NCBI GenBank assembly: GCA_963706575.1
Contig: CAVPNL010000015.1
Span: 384,001-448,000, forward strand
DNA: 64,000 bases
Reading direction: 5' to 3'
Origin: an uncultured delta proteobacterium
GTDB taxonomy: Bacteria > Desulfobacterota > Desulfobacteria > Desulfobacterales > JAHEIW01
Part shown: piece after piece, positions 57,973 through 64,000 of the stretch
How positions within the stretch are numbered: position 1 is the stretch's first letter
Layout of the letters: each line of letters starts with the position of its first letter
Notes under the pieces: generated by a model
Told to the model about the DNA's origin: nothing
Seen by the model: the letters and a program-made list of their open reading frames with translations, nothing else
Database searches by the model: none
Program-made: the position numbers and the translations under genes

Positions 57973-59103
57973 TTATCGGGCCGGCAGATCAATCAAGACG
58001 ATAAGACCGCTGCCGCGCCTGCGGGTATCCGGCCGGTGGGTGATGACCAGGCCCATGATCTGGCTGCCGTCCGGACTCCAGTCGAAATCGGCCGCCACCG
58101 CAAAGGATCTGGCGAGATAGTGCGGGTGCCGGGGTGTATGAAATCGGGTCAGGCGCTCTTTCCGGCTGCCGTCTAAATTCATTACCCAGAAATCCGTTTG
58201 AAGATCAAACGGTTTGATCCTGAATCTCAGATCCTTGCTCGACATCCAGACAATTCTTTTGCCGTCCGGAGCATAGTGCGCATGTTCGTCCCAGGTCAAC
58301 GGCGCGTGGTGCGTCAAACGCCGGGTGCTTCCGTTTGCCACATTCATTTCGTAGATTTCCAGCGGCCCGTCCTGGTTGCCGGTAAATAAGACATGACGGT
58401 CGTCCGGGCTGAAATTGTGGCTCTCAAAAAAAGCGCTTTTGCCGCCGGGATTGTAATCCCTGATGGTGCCCAGCCGGGGCCCGCTGTTTTCATCGTAGTA
58501 AAAGTCGGCGATTCGCAGGATCCATTCGCCAAAAGGCCGTCGATTGTTGCGGATGCGCTCGGCCCAGAACAGCCGGGTGCCGTCGTTTGAAAAGTGCGGA
58601 TGAAGGACGCCGGCCGCATCCTTTGAGACCGCATCGCGCACCGCATAAATTCTCCAGGCCTGGCTTCCGTCCACCGTGATAACCCACAGATCGTTGAGCG
58701 CGCCGGCGCCCGGTGTGCATTTGGTATCGGCATAGCGGGGCACATGTGCCTTCTGGGCCTGGATGACGAGCAGTTTGCCGCCCGGGTGCCAGGCCGGCTG
58801 TCCGATATGTTTATTCGGCAGCAGGGGATGATTTGCGGTCAGGCATTTCTGCCCGCTTCCGTCGGGATTCATTACCCACAGATCAAAATAACCGTCTTCG
58901 CCGAGCCGGTCAAAAGCGATTTGATTTGTTTTTTTGCTCCAGGCCAGGTGGCCGCCGTCTTCGGTAATAATTTGAATCCCGGCCGTATTTATTCCCTGCG
59001 GAGCCAACACTTCGGGTAAAGGCGCTTCGACCGGCCCCACACAGGCAGTCGATAAAATCAAAAAACTAAAACAAAAATTCCTCACAAGCGGTGCATTTAT
59101 CAT
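57973..59103 (-). CDS. TolB/PD40-type beta-propeller, probable lipoprotein
   Basis: Lipobox-like TAC; repeated P.W/FS.DG units; ATGA overlap with the upstream small gene. Confidence 0.82.
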   Translation of the reverse strand: MINAPLVRNFCFSFLILSTACVGPVEAPLPEVLAPQGINTAGIQIITEDGGHLAWSKKTNQIAFDRLGEDGYFDLWVMNPDGSGQKCLTANHPLLPNKHIGQPAWHPGGKLLVIQAQKAHVPRYADTKCTPGAGALNDLWVITVDGSQAWRIYAVRDAVSKDAAGVLHPHFSNDGTRLFWAERIRNNRRPFGEWILRIADFYYDENSGPRLGTIRDYNPGGKSAFFESHNFSPDDRHVLFTGNQDGPLEIYEMNVANGSTRRLTHHAPLTWDEHAHYAPDGKRIVWMSSKDLRFRIKPFDLQTDFWVMNLDGSRKERLTRFHTPRHPHYLARSFAVAADFDWSPDGSQIMGLVITHRPDTRRRGSGLIVLIDLPAR

Positions 59104-59297
59104 TCAGAATTCGATTCCTTTTTTCCTGCCGGAATTAAATATTCGGTTTTTATTGATTTAAGATACTGCCAGTGGGTTTTACGAGCCCGAGGCGTACGGG
59201 TATCCATGCAGCAAGCCTCACACAAAATTTTTGAATGATGATGATGTTCTTCTCCCCTTTTCATTTCGGTATGGCATTTGCTGCATTTTATCTGCAT
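59100..59297 (-). CDS. Small Cys/His-rich putative zinc-binding protein
   Basis: CSKC...HHHH..LCEACC. Confidence 0.65.
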   Translation of the reverse strand: MQIKCSKCHTEMKRGEEHHHHSKILCEACCMDTRTPRARKTHWQYLKSIKTEYLIPAGKKESNSE

Positions 59298-59342
59298 TTT
59301 CTTGATGAATTCTTTATTTTGTCTAGAAGTGGTTTCAAAACC

Positions 59343-60302
59343 TCAATTAAGGGTGATTTTCGAACCCACGCTGTTGAGAACAAATGATGACGCAAACTCC
59401 CGGGAAAACATCTCCATGGCCTTTCGGCCGGTACAGTGCATCGGAACAACCACAGCCGGTGACAGTGCTTTTAATTCATCAATGGTTTTCTTCAATATCT
59501 TTTCAAAAAAGGCGCCCGAGAGATGAAAGCCGCCCAGTACCGCATATACCTTCTCAACACCCGTGAGTTTTTTCGCATACTTTACGGTATTAATGATCCC
59601 CGCATGGCTGCAGCCCGAGATGACCACCAGTCCCTTCCCGCGTAAATTGATTATCAGTGCCTGATCATCCTTAATGGGATCCGGCTCCAGATTGCCATCC
59701 CTTTCAATCAGGGCATTGGGCATTCCCTTTTCAAACGCCGTTGTCCGTTCTATTTCACCGGTCACCAGAATCGACGCATTCAAGATCGGGGTTGGGGTCC
59801 CGCTCTCAACGATTTTAACATTTCTTTGGTCTAGATCCTGCCTTACAAGGGTCCTCGGAAATCTCTTTTTCGACCCGTCTTTTTCTTCAAGAAATCGAGG
59901 ATGTAAAAAGGCATCCGGATGAACCACCAGCGGTATGGTATCGGATATCTTCCCCAGAATGGCATGTAAAGAGCCGGTATGGTCCATGTGGGCATGGCTC
60001 AAAACAATCGCCTCCATCTCATTCGGATCTACGGCGAGTTTATCCATATTGTGCAGAACGCCCATTTTGCTATACCCCGTATCAAGTAGGATCGTATGCT
60101 TCTCGGTGCCTCGCTGCACCCGGACCAGCAGGCAAAGACCGTGCTCGGCCAGCAGGGTATCCGTGGGGATTTCTTCGCCTACCGCCATGGGGGGTCTTGT
60201 AACCACCGCTGTATCCTCCAGAAGGACGTCCACAAAGTTATCCATCAGCGTCAAAACCTCTACGCGGTCTACTTCTTTCAATGGGACAGATAAAGGATCC
60301 AT
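59343..60302 (-). CDS. Metallo-beta-lactamase-fold hydrolase (MJ0301-like family)
   Basis: AEHG, LDTG, SHAHMDHTG, DDQAL, GCSHAG, GGFHL, PMHCTG; AAAGGAG RBS. Confidence 0.9.
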   Translation of the reverse strand: MDPLSVPLKEVDRVEVLTLMDNFVDVLLEDTAVVTRPPMAVGEEIPTDTLLAEHGLCLLVRVQRGTEKHTILLDTGYSKMGVLHNMDKLAVDPNEMEAIVLSHAHMDHTGSLHAILGKISDTIPLVVHPDAFLHPRFLEEKDGSKKRFPRTLVRQDLDQRNVKIVESGTPTPILNASILVTGEIERTTAFEKGMPNALIERDGNLEPDPIKDDQALIINLRGKGLVVISGCSHAGIINTVKYAKKLTGVEKVYAVLGGFHLSGAFFEKILKKTIDELKALSPAVVVPMHCTGRKAMEMFSREFASSFVLNSVGSKITLN

Positions 60303-60524
60303 ATCAACTCCTTTCTTTTAATGTAAAAAGGGCCAACCCTTGAAGTGTGAAGACAGTTGAAGTCTCAAAGATGGCAGATTACCTTCAGGAGCCCCGCTGC
60401 TCATCGGAAATTTACAGCTAAACGGAAATATGCTATTTTTTGCATACTATTACCGCAAACATCAGATCATTACAAAATAAAACCGCATTCATCATTTTTG
60501 ATCGAACAGGGTGATCCTCGACAA

Positions 60525-60614
60525 ATGAACTTCCAAACATTGCTGCTGATAGCCCCGCCGATTCTGCTGGCATTGACCTTTCACGAGTATGCCCATGCCT
60601 ATGCGGCCTACCGG
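60525..60614 (+). pseudogene. 5' fragment of a site-2 protease (M50 family)
   Basis: MNFQTLLLIAPPILLALTFHEYAHAYAAYR contains HExxH; similarity stops where GDxT is expected. Confidence 0.7.
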
Positions 60615-60912
60615 CGTATCTGTTCTGGGTGGACTCATCTGGCCCTTTGTAGATTTTTTCCGGGCGCTCTTCGCCGGGATATAAGCTCAATCTTCAAAAC
60701 GAAACGCTGTCGCGCAAGGCTGCCAAGCGAAGCGGATTTAACCGGGGATCTGGCCGGTACGGTGGCCTGCCCTATTCGAACATCATCCATTCCCATGAGT
60801 CGTCGTTTTCCGCCATGAACTGTCCTCCTGGGACCATGAGCTGTCCTTTTGCGTCATGACTCGCCTCGTTAAATCTTTCCAGAGGAAAACGGATTTAACC
60901 GGGGTGAAAAAA

Positions 60913-62463
60913 CTATTTGATGGGTGGAACCGGCTTGCCTTCTAAACGGTCGGAAACCAGGCGACCGAGAAACCTCGCAAACGGCGCGATATCCTGGTCC
61001 ACGCTCGCGCTTTCCAATGCCGCCATATAGTCGTTTCGCTTTTGCAGGGGAATAACAGTCCAGGGGTACCCGCCTGCGGCGAGCATCACGTTCATCAGAA
61101 ATCGTCCCATACGGCCATTGCCGTCCATGTACGGATGGATATATACGAACATAAAGTGCCCCAGAACAACACGCACCGCCGGTTCCGGCTCTTCTTTCAA
61201 CAAATCAATGAAGGCCGGCATGCAGTTCCGCACCGCTTCATGGCGCGGCGGCACGTGCATTGAGCGGCGGATATATACCTGACCAGCGCGATAGCCGGCG
61301 AGGTCCGCTGTCTGCAAAAGGCCGGCTGCTGCGCCCGGTCCAAACATCTCGCGGTACCAGTCACCGTGGTCATCATCGCTGACGGCCCCGGGATTATGAC
61401 CCTTAAGTACTTTGTGCACGCTTTTGCGAACCGCCTGATAGGCCTGCCAGTACCCGCGTGCGGCCAGGGCATTACGGTGTTCGCGATCATTTTCGTTTTC
61501 ATCCGGGTTCCACTTGCCACCACGGATCCGCTCGATCAGCCCTGAACTGACCCGGTAGCCTTCAATGGACAACGAGTGATAGGCGTCGGTAACATAAATG
61601 TCGTCGGCTGCCTTGAGATAGGAGGCGATAGCGGAAGGGCGGCCGGGGGCGGCCGGAAATTGTTTTAGGATGGTTGTTCGCATCTGCTGCCACATCAGAC
61701 GTATACGGTTCACATAGGGCGACTGTTCGCGTGCCGGCAGGATCAGATTTATGGTGTCTTCGAATGGATCTTCTTCACGAATGTCGTAGTCTGCGGTTTT
61801 CATCGTTTTTATAATATCGTCGGCCATACGGTTACGTCCGATATTTCGGAACGCACCTGCCAGACGGCCGGCGACCGTGGTGTGTCCGCCTTCCAGCAGC
61901 AATGCAAGCACATCAGATGCATCGCGCACCATGGCCAGAGCCGCCCTTGCGTCCATGGCGTGCTGTCGAAAGAATTCAGGTCGGCAGCTTACCAGCCCTG
62001 CCGGTACGGAGAAAAGACGCTGGCCGTCCTTCTCTGTTATTTGCTCGGCCCCGGGCAGGGTCGCACGCGTATCGAATAACGAGGTGCCGTACGGCAGTGT
62101 TGTAATATTGTTGCCGGCCTTTGGTGAACGCACAAGCAACTGGCGTGGAACCGTCAAGTTGTCGGCATGCAGTAACAGTGACTGCTCGGGGGAGAGGCTC
62201 CAATTTGTCCCGAAACGCTCCTGTAAATAGGCGGCGCAAAAACTCCAGAAAGATGCGTACCATGCCGTGCTCTCTCCTGTGGCATCTTCCGGGCGGACAG
62301 GGATGTACCAGCCCTTCATGACCTCCAGCAGGAAGCCGTTTTTGACCAGGCGTTCCTGATGCGTCCGGGTCAGATCGCCCGAACGCACGGCGACGATACC
62401 TCGATCCTGCAGTTCTCTCAGGATCTCAAGAGACTTTGCCAGTTTTTCATGCGGGCTTGCCAT
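60913..62463 (-). CDS. Fic family protein with a long N-terminal extension
   Basis: HPYMDGNGRMGR catalytic motif; SLSIEG inhibitory motif N-terminal to the core. Confidence 0.92.
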   Translation of the reverse strand: MASPHEKLAKSLEILRELQDRGIVAVRSGDLTRTHQERLVKNGFLLEVMKGWYIPVRPEDATGESTAWYASFWSFCAAYLQERFGTNWSLSPEQSLLLHADNLTVPRQLLVRSPKAGNNITTLPYGTSLFDTRATLPGAEQITEKDGQRLFSVPAGLVSCRPEFFRQHAMDARAALAMVRDASDVLALLLEGGHTTVAGRLAGAFRNIGRNRMADDIIKTMKTADYDIREEDPFEDTINLILPAREQSPYVNRIRLMWQQMRTTILKQFPAAPGRPSAIASYLKAADDIYVTDAYHSLSIEGYRVSSGLIERIRGGKWNPDENENDREHRNALAARGYWQAYQAVRKSVHKVLKGHNPGAVSDDDHGDWYREMFGPGAAAGLLQTADLAGYRAGQVYIRRSMHVPPRHEAVRNCMPAFIDLLKEEPEPAVRVVLGHFMFVYIHPYMDGNGRMGRFLMNVMLAAGGYPWTVIPLQKRNDYMAALESASVDQDIAPFARFLGRLVSDRLEGKPVPPIK

Positions 62464-62479
62464 GATAATTGTGTTTTTG

Positions 62480-62575
62480 TTAGTTTATTGTGTTGTGCAA
62501 TTTTTAGATTTTCTTGTAGTATGATATTTAGTTTATTTAGTTGTATCATTCTTAGTTTATTTTGTCGAGCACAAA
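62480..62575. repeat. Four direct repeats at an exact 24-bp period upstream of fic
   Basis: TTAGTTTATT at 62480, 62528 and 62552; TTAGATTTTC at 62504. Confidence 0.75.
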
Positions 62576-62894
62576 TTCGTTTTTTCTGCGGACGGTAAGT
62601 TTCAAATGCGGATTAATGAAATGGCCGGCGGATAAAATTCAGATCAATCAGAGTGCATAAAATCACACATACATGTCTACTATTTTAATTTTTCCAGCCC
62701 AACAGCCGTTTAAGGGCTTTACTAACTGTATGAAATTATGATTTATTTATAAAAATCGAAGCTCGCACAATACTTGCATCTGCAGATTTAGCAAAATAGA
62801 CACTGAAAATAAGGATTCAGCTATTTTTTTGCCATATTATCCGCGGAAGAGACAAGATAAGAATGGGCGGAATAAAAGGAGGTGGAAAGATACC

Positions 62895-63581
62895 ATGTTA
62901 AAACGTTTTCCCGAAAAACCCTTCACTTTATTAATGGTTGCAATCATGCTGCTTTTTGTTGCATGCGCAAACAACAATAAAAAATATGCGGATGAGTATT
63001 ATGAACAGGGTTTGGTTTTTTATAACAGCATGGAGTATGATCGATCAATCGATAATTTTTCAAAAGCGCTGGAAATAAACCCCAAAGATTGGGAAAACCA
63101 CAAAGTCTACTATATGAGGGGACGGTCATATCTAAAAAATCGACAATATGACCCGGCGATTAACGATTTTACCAAAGCCATTGAAATATGCCCTGATACG
63201 GATAAGAAAACCAAATTTTTAATTCTTGAATCAAGAGGCAATTCCTATCATGCCTTAAATAAAAATGATGCCGCAATAAAGGATTTTTCAGATGCGATCG
63301 CCCTAAATCCCCAGCACGAAAACATTAAATATGTTTATTACAATAGAGGGTGGGTCTGGCAAAATAAGGCCGAGTATCAAAAAGCATCTAAAGATTTTTA
63401 CGCGGCGCTGGCCATTGATTCGGCGTTCGCTCCGGCCTACTTCGCAAGGGCACATTCCTGGGAGAAATTGGGAAATCTTGCCAGAGCCCTGGAGGATGCC
63501 AAAGAAGCCCTGCGGCTGGCGCCTGCAACTAAAAAATATGAAGATTTAGTGTTTGAGCTTAGATCGAAGATAAAAAAATAA
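62895..63581 (+). CDS. TPR-repeat lipoprotein
   Basis: LLFVAC lipobox; about five TPRs (YY.RG, DF..AI...P); GGAGG RBS. Confidence 0.88.
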   Translation: MLKRFPEKPFTLLMVAIMLLFVACANNNKKYADEYYEQGLVFYNSMEYDRSIDNFSKALEINPKDWENHKVYYMRGRSYLKNRQYDPAINDFTKAIEICPDTDKKTKFLILESRGNSYHALNKNDAAIKDFSDAIALNPQHENIKYVYYNRGWVWQNKAEYQKASKDFYAALAIDSAFAPAYFARAHSWEKLGNLARALEDAKEALRLAPATKKYEDLVFELRSKIKK

Positions 63582-63609
63582 AAGAGCTGCAGGCAATTAA
63601 ATTAGAACC

Positions 63610-63996
63610 TTAATTCTGAATGCCGGGGGAAATGGCCAGGCGGGATTTTTCTTTTTGGTAGTAGTAGGATTTTACCAATGCTCTTACAAATCGAAGGTTT
63701 TCTGCTTCGTTTCCGATGAAATTGATACCAATATTAAACTGGCCGGATTCGTTTTTTCTGCAATAAACAACCTTGCCTTTAACCTCAATCTGGTTTTTAT
63801 GCATATCGAAAAACATTAAGGAGAGCTTTTTTGATTTGACCTCCACGAAGGCTTCCATCTGAATTCCGGTCTGGCTAATGTCGCGAACAACGGCTACATT
63901 TTGATGTATTGTTTTACCATCTGAATCTAGACTTAAATAGGAAATCGGATCGAATATTTGAACTCTCGGATATTTTCGTCTCTCTTCATTTTCCAT
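63610..63996 (-). CDS. PilZ domain protein
   Basis: ERRKYPR and DISQTG c-di-GMP-binding motifs. Confidence 0.88.
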   Translation of the reverse strand: MENEERRKYPRVQIFDPISYLSLDSDGKTIHQNVAVVRDISQTGIQMEAFVEVKSKKLSLMFFDMHKNQIEVKGKVVYCRKNESGQFNIGINFIGNEAENLRFVRALVKSYYYQKEKSRLAISPGIQN

Positions 63997-64000
63997 AATT

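Noticed and set aside
60357..60818. 153-aa ORF as an intact gene
   Set aside because: Only the 30-aa M50 fragment looks protein-like; the rest reads through non-coding repeats
62763..62778. sigma54-like TCGCAC-N5-TTGCA upstream of the TPR gene
   Set aside because: Lacks the invariant GG at -24
1..64000. Many short ORFs overlapping or antisense to called genes; tRNA, rRNA and riboswitches
   Set aside because: Shadow ORFs lack motifs and RBS; no structured RNA gene was recognisable by eye, and an Rfam/tRNAscan run would be needed to exclude them

Overview
A 64 kb, gene-dense bacterial chromosomal segment. Gene content (2-oxoacid:ferredoxin oxidoreductase, glutaconyl-CoA decarboxylase alpha, TPAT transporter, many intergenic palindromes) suggests an anaerobic Desulfobacterota (Desulfobacterales-like) organism; this is inference. 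About 55 CDS are supported. I found no rRNA, tRNA, CRISPR array, integrase or transposase. The standout is a four-gene cluster at 20953-27362. It encodes a signal-peptide-bearing dikinase with glucan-water-dikinase domain order (large N-domain, phospho-His domain, C-terminal ATP-grasp, no PEP barrel), two exported SxxK/SxN/KSG beta-lactamase-fold proteins, and an Npt/TLC-type nucleotide translocase. Together these suggest ATP-dependent chemistry in the periplasm supplied by ATP export. Other observations: an orphan TrfA-like replication initiator, a Fic gene with a 24-bp-period operator-like array next to a truncated site-2 protease, two related ~200-bp MITEs whose ends supply stop codons, an internally deleted YyaL gene, an unlisted 45-aa very acidic ORF with its own promoter, and sigma54, IHF and FNR-type sites. 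All family assignments come from motif recognition by eye, with no database searches.
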